From Uncultured Candidatus Berkiella sp. (lineage in GTDB: Bacteria > Pseudomonadota > Gammaproteobacteria > Berkiellales > Berkiellaceae), in the NCBI GenBank assembly GCA_964594635.1, contig CAZQMV010000008.1, forward strand, positions 59,813-123,812: DNA of 64,000 nt, written 5' to 3'. Shown here piece by piece: positions 19,142-28,177 of this stretch. Position 1 is the first letter of the stretch, and each line of letters starts with the position of its first letter. Both the position numbers and the translations under genes were made by a program. The notes beneath the pieces were generated by a model. That model was not told where the DNA came from, searched no databases, and saw only the letters and a list, made by a program, of their open reading frames with translations.

Positions 19142-19166
19142 CCGCCTACGCTAAAGCTTCGGCGAG
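19142..19166. repeat. Short palindromic repeat (CGCC-TACGCTAAAGCTTC-GGCG)
   Basis: Hairpin immediately upstream of the bioF start. It shares its core with the elements near 3121, 25131 and 29124. Confidence 0.6.
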
Positions 19167-19191
19167 ATAAAATCAAGCTAGTTTTCATCCT

Positions 19192-20061
19192 TTAGCGAGA
19201 TGCAATTGCTAAATCACGACATTCCAGGGGTATTTCGATAATTTCCGGCCATTTTTCAATCCAGCCAGCATGATGTCCGGCATCAGACAGGATCTTCGCT
19301 TGGCAACAGCCAGGATTGTTTACTTTTTGCACAAATTGGTTGGATATCCAAGTTGGTACAATCGCATCTTTGCTTCCCGACCAATGTTGTTGTGGTAAGT
19401 GGTGTAGCTTCGATGCAACATCCATCGGATTCAACGATCCCGTTAAAGGGCTGGTATGGTGATGCTGATTCAGCGCCACATGATTCAAATCACCCGCCAC
19501 GGTGATCAAACCCACCACATCGTTCCGTTCACTGGCAATTAAGGCAGCAATACTCGCGCCTCCTGAAAAACCGATTAATAGAAATTTGGTATCACGTCTC
19601 TCTTTTATATGATCTAAGGTGACTTGAAAGGCTTGCACTACTTCTTTTGCATAACGATGACTTGACCAGTATTTAGGATTACAACTTGGGTCTAATGCAA
19701 GCGGCGTAAACTGACAAGGTCTGGCGACATAAATCACTTGCGGATGTTGATCGCGCAAGGCAAGCTGTAATGCAAGAGGTTGTTTGGGGGTTGGGTTATT
19801 TGAGAGTCGATGTTTTGTTTTCCAGCTGTTCCCATCGCCTTCTATATAGATATGACAGACAGGGGAAGGCCCTGTGTTTCGCTGATAGGTTGTGAGTGTG
19901 AAAGTCGATGTTGGATACCGGTATAAAGCGAATCCATTTTGTTCGGCTTGATTAACAACGTGTTGAGTTGCATCTGGAAGCATAGCAGAATGCTTGGTAC
20001 AACAACTCAGTGTACAAAACAGTAAAAACAAGATAAAGATAAGATGTCGATTTGCTAACAA
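19192..20061 (-). CDS. Lipoprotein alpha/beta hydrolase
   Basis: Lipobox-like LSCC after a hydrophobic stretch. HIYIEGDG, ARPCQF, LIGFSGG nucleophile elbow, DAIVP and a C-terminal AGH. Confidence 0.85.
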   Translation of the reverse strand: MLANRHLIFILFLLFCTLSCCTKHSAMLPDATQHVVNQAEQNGFALYRYPTSTFTLTTYQRNTGPSPVCHIYIEGDGNSWKTKHRLSNNPTPKQPLALQLALRDQHPQVIYVARPCQFTPLALDPSCNPKYWSSHRYAKEVVQAFQVTLDHIKERRDTKFLLIGFSGGASIAALIASERNDVVGLITVAGDLNHVALNQHHHTSPLTGSLNPMDVASKLHHLPQQHWSGSKDAIVPTWISNQFVQKVNNPGCCQAKILSDAGHHAGWIEKWPEIIEIPLECRDLAIASR

Positions 20062-20151
20062 GGCTTGAGACTCTGTCGTAAATCCTTATCATGACATAAA
20101 AGGATTTTTTTATGGTAGGATCGAGTAAAACGGGAACTGGAGAAAGGATAA

Positions 20152-21627
20152 ATGTCGTTGTTTAGGAAGAACACCCTTTTAGCGCTAGCACTAGCGAGCT
20201 TTTCCTCCATCAGCTGGGCAACATACTCGGATGTGAATGCGATGCTACAAGCATTGCGACCAAATGCTCCAGTTATTGCACCGCAACTTAACACGCTGAT
20301 TCTCTCACTCGATGGCTTAAATCCGTATCCCATCCAATATCGCGATGCGCTCTTTACTTTAGCGCCTGCAGCAGATGGTTCATTGCGAATGGTGTCAGAA
20401 ACCGCTAATCATGCCATGTATGCGACCATTTTTGATCGAGTTGAAAAGCTAAAATGTACTGAAGAGAAAACAGGGATTTCTTTTGGTGATCAACGCATTG
20501 CTTACAATCCCAAAGCATACTGGCAAAAAAACAAAGCAGCATCGACGACTGCTACCAGCACCACAACTAAAACAGCTACCACCGTAACCACAGACACGCC
20601 TGCAACGACTGTCAGTGATGATGTATTACCCGATCCAAAGGGCAAAGAAACCAAAGACAAGAATATCAATGTCTCAGACACATCAGACACATCAGACACT
20701 CCTGCGGTGGTGGATGTGGATACGCCTTTAATTGGTGATATTTTAAGCCAACCTAAGGGTGCCTGGATGCAAATCATAGGCGCTGATGTTTGGCAATATG
20801 AAAGACAAAATATACCCGGTTACCATGCGGATATGTTGGGTATGATTATTGGTCGCGATCATCAAATTAATGATGATTTATTTATTGGGATCGCCGGTGG
20901 TTATCAACAAGCCGATGTTGATACCAAAGGTTTATCGGGAAGCTATTTAGATGTGAAGCGCTATAACGCTACCGTATATGGTCGCTACGATTTCGATTTA
21001 GATTTCAAATGCTTACCCAAATTTCCCATGTTTGCACAATTAGGGCTGACACTCGCTTTAAATAACTTCGATAACAATCGCTATATTTTAGTGCCACCTG
21101 CTGCCGGTTTTGGTTATAGCAATATTGCGCATGGTGATTTTGATGGTTGGGAAACCAACGCGCATTTAGAGGTGGGTTATAACTTTGCTTGCCGATGCTT
21201 ACGCATTATTCCAAAAGCGATTATTGAATACTCGCACATGGAATTTAACAATTATGAAGAACATGATGCATTCTTCCTCGATTTAAATGTGAAATATGAC
21301 AACATGAATGCCTTTGATTTAGGCATTGGTGCACAAGTCGATTATCGCAGAGAGTTTGATAAAGTTGCTGTTATTCCAGAAGCGCATATTTACGTTTACC
21401 ACGACTTTATCAATGCGAATCAAGTTGCTACCGCCAACTTCTATAGTGGTGGGTGGGCATTCTTAAGCGAAGGGGCTACACCCAATTCGAATACCATGGA
21501 TTTTGGCGTTTCATTGAACGTTCATAGTAACAATCAAACCATGGTTAGAATTGAGTACGACTACGTAACCCGAAGTGATTATCGTCGTAATGAGGCGTTT
21601 ATCAAGCTACGACATGAGTGGGTATAA
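20152..21627 (+). CDS. Autotransporter beta-barrel protein with essentially no passenger domain
   Basis: Signal peptide ending SWA, helical linker, GISFGD, T/D-rich insert, then a barrel (GAWMQIIG, LFIGIAGGY, AHLEVGY, IIPKA, IPEAH..VYHDF) ending RHEWV. Confidence 0.85.
   Translation: MSLFRKNTLLALALASFSSISWATYSDVNAMLQALRPNAPVIAPQLNTLILSLDGLNPYPIQYRDALFTLAPAADGSLRMVSETANHAMYATIFDRVEKLKCTEEKTGISFGDQRIAYNPKAYWQKNKAASTTATSTTTKTATTVTTDTPATTVSDDVLPDPKGKETKDKNINVSDTSDTSDTPAVVDVDTPLIGDILSQPKGAWMQIIGADVWQYERQNIPGYHADMLGMIIGRDHQINDDLFIGIAGGYQQADVDTKGLSGSYLDVKRYNATVYGRYDFDLDFKCLPKFPMFAQLGLTLALNNFDNNRYILVPPAAGFGYSNIAHGDFDGWETNAHLEVGYNFACRCLRIIPKAIIEYSHMEFNNYEEHDAFFLDLNVKYDNMNAFDLGIGAQVDYRREFDKVAVIPEAHIYVYHDFINANQVATANFYSGGWAFLSEGATPNSNTMDFGVSLNVHSNNQTMVRIEYDYVTRSDYRRNEAFIKLRHEWV
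20674..20700 (+). repeat. 9-bp tandem repeat x3 (TCAGACAC[A/T]) encoding SDT-SDT-SDT
   Basis: tcagacaca tcagacaca tcagacact, inside the autotransporter insert. Confidence 0.85.
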
Positions 21628-21665
21628 AAAGGGATATTTGTAAACAAGGGACAAGAGTAGCGTAC

Positions 21666-24600
21666 ATGAAACAAGCATTTCGTCTTAGCCAAGCCGTTTT
21701 AGCCTCTACGCTGTTTATTGTACCGAGTATCAGCTGTGCCGATATCATCATTAACGGCGGCAACTCTGCGGCTAATATTGTTTATACCACTGGAGCGCCG
21801 GAAAATAACGGTAATATTCAAATTACCAATACCGGGTTTGTGGATACCACATTGCCAGGGGTTAACAACGGCGATGGTATTTTGGTTAATTCACAGAATG
21901 CCGTGATTACACTCGATCCCGCTAATATCAATGCAAACGCGATTTCAGCAGTCAATAACGGTATCACCATTACAGCGGGTAATAATGCCGCGATAACGGT
22001 TGGCAGTGGCACCACCAAAATTACGGCAACCAAAAGCGGTATTCAAGTTGATTCTAATACCGTTAATATTAATAACGCTGGTACCATTAATGGTGCGCCA
22101 GGTATCGAAGTCACTGCCAATGGTGCAACGTTCACCTTAGTTAACCAGGCAACAGGTTCTATTGGTATCGTACCCAATCAAGCGATAACGTTGAATGGCG
22201 CAGGCGCGAAGATCAATAACGCAGGTAGTATCGCAGGTTTAGGTGGTATTAACATTGGTGGCCAAAATGCAACCATTGTTAACCAAATTAGCACCAGCGC
22301 AATCACGGGTATCATATCGGGTACCACATTACCTGCTATCGCTGCGAATGCTACAGGTCTACAGTTAACCAACTCTGGCGTTATCCAAGGTACTGCTGCA
22401 GGTGGTGATGCCATTCAATTAAATCAGGATTTTAACGGTATCACGAATAATACGGGCGGTATTATCTCGTCTAATTTAAACAGTGGTATCAATATTACGG
22501 CTGGGATATCTGGTGATATTCAAAATAGTGGCATCATCGAAACGTCCGCCGTAGGCGGTTTAACCGCAGGTATTAGCATTGGTGGAAACTATATAGGCAC
22601 CATAAATAACAATGCAGGCGGTATCATCCAAACCTTAAGTGGTACTGGGAATGCAGATGCCATTGGTGTGACGGGTTCATTTGGCGTTATTAATAATAGC
22701 GGCAGTATTCTTGCCGTTGCAGGTGCTGGTAATGATAATGCGATTACGATTTTTCCAGGTTCAACAACCGGTATCATCAATAACAGCGGCAACATACTAA
22801 GCCAAAATAATTCAACCATTCTGTTAAATGGCAACATTACCCAAATTAATAATAATAGCGGTGGGACAATCGCTGCTTTAGGAAATGCTTCTGCCATTGT
22901 TGCTGACGCGGCTGGTGTTACATTGGTCAATGGGATCAACAACAGTGGCACAATTAGTAGTGGTGGTGGTCAAGCGATTGATTTACAAAGTGGTGGTGCT
23001 GCCATCAATATCAAATTGACCCAAACGGCTGGCACAATTGATGGCGATGTGTTGCTCGCTTCTGCTGGCGGTAACATTTTTGATATGAACGGCGGCACGA
23101 TAACAGGTAATGTTTTCACAAGCCCGTTGGCAAACAGCACGCTAAATTTAAATGGTGGCACGATCGCAGGTAATTTAACGCTGCAAAGTGCTGCAGGAAA
23201 TACCGTAAACATTGCAGGCACTGCCTTAAACACCGTTACCACTAGCCCTGGTGCCGATATCTTTAATTTAACTGGCGGTACTTTCAATACCATCACCGGT
23301 GGTGTGGGCGATATTTTAAATGTCAAAGCGACTTACAGCACGAGTGGCGACATCATTGATGTTCCCACTGTCAATGTGACAGCGGGTACGTTCAGTGTGA
23401 ATGATAAGCTAACAGGCTTTACCAATCTGAATGTTGGGCCCAATGCATCGATGGTGGTGAATTCAAATACCGTCACCGGTGTTCTTGCAAATGTGATCGT
23501 CAATGGTAATTCCTCTATATCTGTTACGAGTGGAAACCAATTAGATACGGGTGGCGGTGATATCACTTTAAATAACGGTGGTGTATTGAATCTGGCTAAT
23601 AGTGCAGTTCAAACAGGTGCTTTAGCGAATACCTTTACTGCCAATGCAGGTGGTGTTTACGGCGTGACAATCGAAGGGCCTGGTAATTTTGGCAAAATGG
23701 CATTAACGGGCAATGCAGATCTCAAAGCGGGTAGCTATATTGCGACACAACTAGGCACATCGGGTACTTTTATTCCAATGGGCACTCAGTTTGATATTAT
23801 TACGACGGCAGGAATGATAACAGATGCTTCAACACTGAATCAGCCTGGTTCATTAACGGTGTCTTTTGTTAAGTCACTCGAAGCGGGTGATACGATTTTA
23901 CGCTTAACATCACAACGAAGTGGTTATTCACCTTTTGCCAATAGTGACTCTTCACAAGGAGTTGCGGGTGCATTAGATGTGATTGCCGCTCAAGGGACAA
24001 CCAACCCTCAGCTGTTAGCGGTTTTAGGGCAATTGGATCTCATCACGAATCCATCTACGCTCCAAACGGAATTAGAAAGTCTAGCACCGCCTGTTAATTA
24101 TTCTCTGATTGCGGCAACCCATGTCAGCATGGATCAAATGTTTCGAAGCTTGCGTCGTCGTATCGAAGATATGCGTTACTTAAAAACGCTAGGTGCAGAA
24201 AGCTATCAAATCATTGGTCCAGATAACATGGAAGATCGCAATTCAGGTTCAGGCTATAGCTACGGTGATTCAATTCATGCCCCTGCTTCGCAAGGTGCAT
24301 GGGTACAAGGTTATGGCACGGTTCTTGATCAACGTCGTCGTCATCAAGTAGATGGCTACTTAGGAGATGCTACTGGTTTTGCTATCGGGATGGATTGGGG
24401 ACAACAAGGTGCCCTTGTCGGTGGAGCACTTAACTTTACACAAGCCCATATGGTGGGTAAGACAGAAGACGAGAATGTCCAAAATATTCAAAGTGTTCAA
24501 GGCTCTGTTTATAGCTGGATCGATCTCACAGATGATATCTACGTGGATACGATCGCAGGCTTTGCAATGCATCACTACAAAACACGCCGTAATATGGGCA

Positions 24601-25118
24601 TCGGTACATTTACAACCTCTGCGTTTGGTGACTTCTACGGTGTGCACTATGGCGTACAATCTGAAATTGGTTACGCATTCTTATTTGACTATCTCACCGT
24701 CTCTCCTATGACGCGCCTGCGTTATACTCGCATGTCAATTGATGATTATTCAGAGAGTGGTGCTGGCGGTGTGAGTTTAACGGTGCAAAACACGGGTTTG
24801 AACGAAGGCGTTGTTGGTGTTGGGATACGAGCACTTGGCAAAATAGAATATGCTCAAGCCATTTATGCTCCAGAGCTTTCATTCATGCTTGCTTATGATT
24901 TTTATGGTGAAGGCGAAAACACCACCTCACGTTTCTTAGGCGATGGACCGATGTTCCAAACGATTGGGATAAAACCTGCTCAAACAATGATGTTGATTGA
25001 TGCAGGCATCAATGTTCATACCTACGATTCTTATATCTTCACTGTCAAAGGTGAATTGGATCTACGCGATCATTTCTATGGCTACTCAGGTTGGGTGAAT
25101 CTATACCGCTCCTGGTAA
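21666..25118 (+). CDS. Autotransporter (type Va) with a G/N/T/I-rich beta-helical passenger
   Basis: Signal peptide from ATG 21666, repetitive INNSGxI passenger, GYSYGD, a barrel starting GAWVQGYG and a terminal W. Confidence 0.92.
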   Translation: MKQAFRLSQAVLASTLFIVPSISCADIIINGGNSAANIVYTTGAPENNGNIQITNTGFVDTTLPGVNNGDGILVNSQNAVITLDPANINANAISAVNNGITITAGNNAAITVGSGTTKITATKSGIQVDSNTVNINNAGTINGAPGIEVTANGATFTLVNQATGSIGIVPNQAITLNGAGAKINNAGSIAGLGGINIGGQNATIVNQISTSAITGIISGTTLPAIAANATGLQLTNSGVIQGTAAGGDAIQLNQDFNGITNNTGGIISSNLNSGINITAGISGDIQNSGIIETSAVGGLTAGISIGGNYIGTINNNAGGIIQTLSGTGNADAIGVTGSFGVINNSGSILAVAGAGNDNAITIFPGSTTGIINNSGNILSQNNSTILLNGNITQINNNSGGTIAALGNASAIVADAAGVTLVNGINNSGTISSGGGQAIDLQSGGAAINIKLTQTAGTIDGDVLLASAGGNIFDMNGGTITGNVFTSPLANSTLNLNGGTIAGNLTLQSAAGNTVNIAGTALNTVTTSPGADIFNLTGGTFNTITGGVGDILNVKATYSTSGDIIDVPTVNVTAGTFSVNDKLTGFTNLNVGPNASMVVNSNTVTGVLANVIVNGNSSISVTSGNQLDTGGGDITLNNGGVLNLANSAVQTGALANTFTANAGGVYGVTIEGPGNFGKMALTGNADLKAGSYIATQLGTSGTFIPMGTQFDIITTAGMITDASTLNQPGSLTVSFVKSLEAGDTILRLTSQRSGYSPFANSDSSQGVAGALDVIAAQGTTNPQLLAVLGQLDLITNPSTLQTELESLAPPVNYSLIAATHVSMDQMFRSLRRRIEDMRYLKTLGAESYQIIGPDNMEDRNSGSGYSYGDSIHAPASQGAWVQGYGTVLDQRRRHQVDGYLGDATGFAIGMDWGQQGALVGGALNFTQAHMVGKTEDENVQNIQSVQGSVYSWIDLTDDIYVDTIAGFAMHHYKTRRNMGIGTFTTSAFGDFYGVHYGVQSEIGYAFLFDYLTVSPMTRLRYTRMSIDDYSESGAGGVSLTVQNTGLNEGVVGVGIRALGKIEYAQAIYAPELSFMLAYDFYGEGENTTSRFLGDGPMFQTIGIKPAQTMMLIDAGINVHTYDSYIFTVKGELDLRDHFYGYSGWVNLYRSW

Positions 25119-25120
25119 GT

Positions 25121-25190
25121 AAATCCCCCTGCTCGCTAGCGCTCGCCGCCCCCTTTACAAAAGTGGGCTATGGGCGCTTCGCGCAGCAAG
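25121..25190. repeat. REP-like nested palindrome
   Basis: AATCCCCCT-GCTCGCTAGCGCTCG-CCGCCCCCTTTACAAAAGTGGG...GCGCTTCGCGC between convergent genes. Confidence 0.6.
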
Positions 25191-25194
25191 AGAA

Positions 25195-25782
25195 TTAACC
25201 TTCTTTCCCTGCTTTCTCGGCTTCCATCCATAACGCGACTCTTTCAGGAATAGGGGGTCTTGCTGGAGGCGTACTGAAGAGATCAAGCACTTCTTGCGGG
25301 GCAATTTTTCCTTCTTTACTAATAAACAGCATGCGCATTAAAGCGGTTACGCAGAGTTGTTCGCCTTTAAATATTTTTTGTTCAATAAAAATCCACTTTT
25401 CATCCCAGTAAATAACTTGGGTGGTTTGCGTAAATGTATCAAATACTTTTAAAGGGCGTAGATAATGCACTTTGATGTTACCTAAAAGAGGGGCCCATTT
25501 TCGCTCTTGAATGCGTTTTAACAGCCCCGTTACCACCATTAAATGCAATCGCCCTAAATCCATTAGCGACAAATAGCGCCCATTATTCACATGCAGATAA
25601 ACATCGAGATCATTGGGCATCACGCGCATTGATAATTTCGATGCCGCTAATACGTCGGATTGTTTGGGAAGCCAAGGAAAGCGCACAATGAGCCAAAGCA
25701 AACGAAGATACAAATTCATGGGATACCACACAAGCAAATTAAGTATGGCATCCATGATAGGTAATTTAGACAGCGCCTTCAA
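25195..25782 (-). CDS. Thioesterase family protein (hot-dog fold, 4HBT-like)
   Basis: MNLYLRLLW (likely start 25719), VMPNDLDVYLHVNNGRYLSLMDLGR, YLRPL, YWDEKWIFIEQ. Confidence 0.88.
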   Translation of the reverse strand: MKALSKLPIMDAILNLLVWYPMNLYLRLLWLIVRFPWLPKQSDVLAASKLSMRVMPNDLDVYLHVNNGRYLSLMDLGRLHLMVVTGLLKRIQERKWAPLLGNIKVHYLRPLKVFDTFTQTTQVIYWDEKWIFIEQKIFKGEQLCVTALMRMLFISKEGKIAPQEVLDLFSTPPARPPIPERVALWMEAEKAGKEG

Positions 25783-25788
25783 TCAACC

Positions 25789-26049
25789 TTAATGATTAGA
25801 ATCCGTCGTTGCTGGACGAGGCTTTGAAAGACGTGGATCTACCATTTCCCCTCTTCCTTGTAAGACGTGTAGCGAGTCTTGTGACTTGACTCGCTCTATC
25901 GCGGTTTGACTACTGGTTAGCGTAATCCGAGAACCTGATGTTGATCGACTATGTAAAAAATTGGGTACGATAGGTTCTGGGGTGTTTCCTTCAGATAAAC
26001 TTGGGAACATATCGTCTGTTGGGATCGTTTTTGCACCGTTGCTAGACAT
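25789..26049 (-). CDS. Small S/T/P-rich disordered hypothetical protein
   Basis: 86-aa ORF with a strong AAGGAG RBS 8 nt upstream of the ATG; it fills the gap between two co-oriented genes. Confidence 0.6.
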   Translation of the reverse strand: MSSNGAKTIPTDDMFPSLSEGNTPEPIVPNFLHSRSTSGSRITLTSSQTAIERVKSQDSLHVLQGRGEMVDPRLSKPRPATTDSNH

Positions 26050-26143
26050 CGCTGAAACTCCTTTTTCAGTTTAAATAAATAAGTAATTAGAGATAGGTCA
26101 TACATTAATATAGTAAGCATCTAAATTAAGTCAAACATGTGAT

Positions 26144-26515
26144 TTATTTTTTAAATAGGGGTAAAACTTTTAAGCGTTCAAGTTCTTCATGAATGGGAAC
26201 GAAGCTTCGTTCAATTAAGCCAAGTAAGTGCGGCAAGCTTTCTAGACGCATTTCTTGTGCCGCCATTTCTAAGCGTAAACAATCAAAAGAGAAAGAAATA
26301 GCACCAACATCAATGCTGCGCTGGCGCAATTCTCTTGCAGCATTTTTAAAATTGGCTAGATTTTGTTCTTCGATAGCTTTATGAAGTGTTAATACTTTTC
26401 TTTTAGCATCGGCTAAATACAAGTCGATGAGTTCCCTCACTTCTTTTTGAAAGATCTGCTGCAATTCTTTCAAGAAAGAGATCTGTATAAGGGGGGAACA
26501 GAGATCATTTCCCAT
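26144..26515 (-). CDS. Hpt-domain protein lacking the phospho-accepting His (pseudo-Hpt)
   Basis: LKELQQIF...ELIDLYLAD...L..AI.EQN...NAARELRQRSIDVGA...C..LE follows the Hpt pattern, but the canonical AHxLKGSS is ARELRQRS. Confidence 0.8.
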   Translation of the reverse strand: MGNDLCSPLIQISFLKELQQIFQKEVRELIDLYLADAKRKVLTLHKAIEEQNLANFKNAARELRQRSIDVGAISFSFDCLRLEMAAQEMRLESLPHLLGLIERSFVPIHEELERLKVLPLFKK

Positions 26516-26776
26516 AAAGCTACCTTAGTTTCTTATTTGCTAATATAGTGTATATACACAATGTTTGCTACCCGTCTTTTGCTGCCGTTCGTCCAGATAA
26601 GCTTGACTCAAAAGGGGGCAGAATTTAAAAGTAGATTGGGGTAGCCACACGAAATTGTGGTGGAAGGTTAACAAAGCCTTGTCGATTGGGCAAGTGGTTA
26701 TACTAAGGTAATGAACTGAAGATATTCAGTTTACTTGATTAATGTGTTTTGTTAAACTGACTGGATTGTCTAATAT

Positions 26777-27172
26777 ATGAAAGCCACCAAAAAAATGAAA
26801 AACCAACCAGATGACCAAGTACTCTTTCTAGAGAAATTAACCGATTTAGCAGAAAGACGCGGTTTTCGAGGCCCCATCCCTGGGGAGCCTATTTTACCCA
26901 ATGTCGGAGAAAGTCTGACTTTAAAACAAATTGCCAAGCTCAAAGTGATGATGGGTTTTCCCGATATTGCCGGAGCCGTTTTAGCAATGGGTGGTGAAGC
27001 TTCAAAAGAACTGATTGATTTAAATGATGCTCTAAAACCTGCACATGGCATCAAAGAGCACAAAGAAATGCAATTGTTGCTAAGTAAGCATAAAAAAGCA
27101 GATGATTTAATTAGCAACTATGAACCTGAGAGTGCCGCTAAAAAAACCAAGCCTCGTTCAACTAAAAGCTAA
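26777..27172 (+). CDS. Hypothetical protein with a basic C-terminus
   Basis: 131-aa ORF ending KKTKPRSTKS; no recognised family. Confidence 0.6.
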   Translation: MKATKKMKNQPDDQVLFLEKLTDLAERRGFRGPIPGEPILPNVGESLTLKQIAKLKVMMGFPDIAGAVLAMGGEASKELIDLNDALKPAHGIKEHKEMQLLLSKHKKADDLISNYEPESAAKKTKPRSTKS

Positions 27173-28016
27173 CATTATCCGATTTTTTAACTGGAATTGC
27201 GCTTTGCACTTTTTGTTTGCGTGCGTGATGATCGCTGATTTCGGCTTTTTTACGGATTTGGAGATCGTATTTGTTGGTGAGTAAAAACACCAATGACCAT
27301 GGTCCAATAATCATCAATAATGCTTCTGCTATTAATTCAACCCACACCTGGTTAATATGAATGTTTGCAAAATAATAGTTAAACATCATCGGTATTTTCA
27401 TGAAAAAAACAATCACCAAGACCGCAAATAAGCCATGGGAAAACGTTCGCCAATAATTGTTTTTGACAAGCAAATTGCTCATGGATTGCGCATCATTGGC
27501 ATCTAAACCATCACTAAAAATCAACCACGGCGCATAAAGCGTTGAAACGAGTGAAGCAAAAATCAATAAAGGTGAGAGCATCGCCCAAGCAAAAACCAGA
27601 TTAAAATTCATGTTGTAATAAAGCAGCGCAAAATTACCTAAAATACAAAGTCCTAGCAAAACCAATGGCAAAAATGCCATCGAAGCTAAAGCGCCAATAA
27701 ATGAGAGAAACCGCATTCCGGTTTCTTTTAAAATATCTATTGTACTCATTGTGGATGAGGTCGCAATTTTATCAATCGTTGAGATCATGGCACCAATCAA
27801 GGGCAGTGTTAGTACCAGTAATATCATGGCACCTTGTTGATAATAAGGTTGCATATCTAGGGGGAAATAGCTCGTTCCGTATCGAAAAAAATGCACAATA
27901 ATCACACAGAGAAAGCTGTAAGGTAATACTCGCAACAAACTGGTTGTGTATAAATGACAGGTTGTTTTTAACAACTCATGATCACTTAAAGGCTTCGCTA
28001 AAGGAAAAATTGGCAT
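27162..28016 (-). CDS. Hypothetical integral membrane protein (YciC-like, about 6-7 TM)
   Basis: Multiple hydrophobic segments; S..LVKNNYWRT motif typical of YciC/DUF-type membrane proteins. Confidence 0.7.
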   Translation of the reverse strand: MPIFPLAKPLSDHELLKTTCHLYTTSLLRVLPYSFLCVIIVHFFRYGTSYFPLDMQPYYQQGAMILLVLTLPLIGAMISTIDKIATSSTMSTIDILKETGMRFLSFIGALASMAFLPLVLLGLCILGNFALLYYNMNFNLVFAWAMLSPLLIFASLVSTLYAPWLIFSDGLDANDAQSMSNLLVKNNYWRTFSHGLFAVLVIVFFMKIPMMFNYYFANIHINQVWVELIAEALLMIIGPWSLVFLLTNKYDLQIRKKAEISDHHARKQKVQSAIPVKKSDNVSF

Positions 28017-28177
28017 AATTACACGGATCCCCAGCTAGGATTTATCTATAAAAGTATAGAAGTACTTGCCTCAGATTTGACTTAATTAGCTAGATAAATT
28101 TAACGTTAGGGTGAACATTTTCAAATAGCCAAGTATACTCACTACCTTTAATCGCATTAAAAGAGCATGAGTAAAAA

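Noticed and set aside
19192-20061. Hydrolase next to bioF as a BioH substitute
   Set aside because: It carries a lipoprotein signal (exported), whereas pimeloyl-ACP methyl ester hydrolysis is cytoplasmic.
21666-25118. Gly-rich autotransporter as the T1SS (RTX) substrate
   Set aside because: It has a Sec signal and a C-terminal barrel, and no GGxGxDxL nonapeptide repeats.
26548-26559. Perfect 12-bp palindrome GTGTATATACAC
   Set aside because: Palindromes of this size are expected many times by chance in 64 kb of AT-rich DNA.
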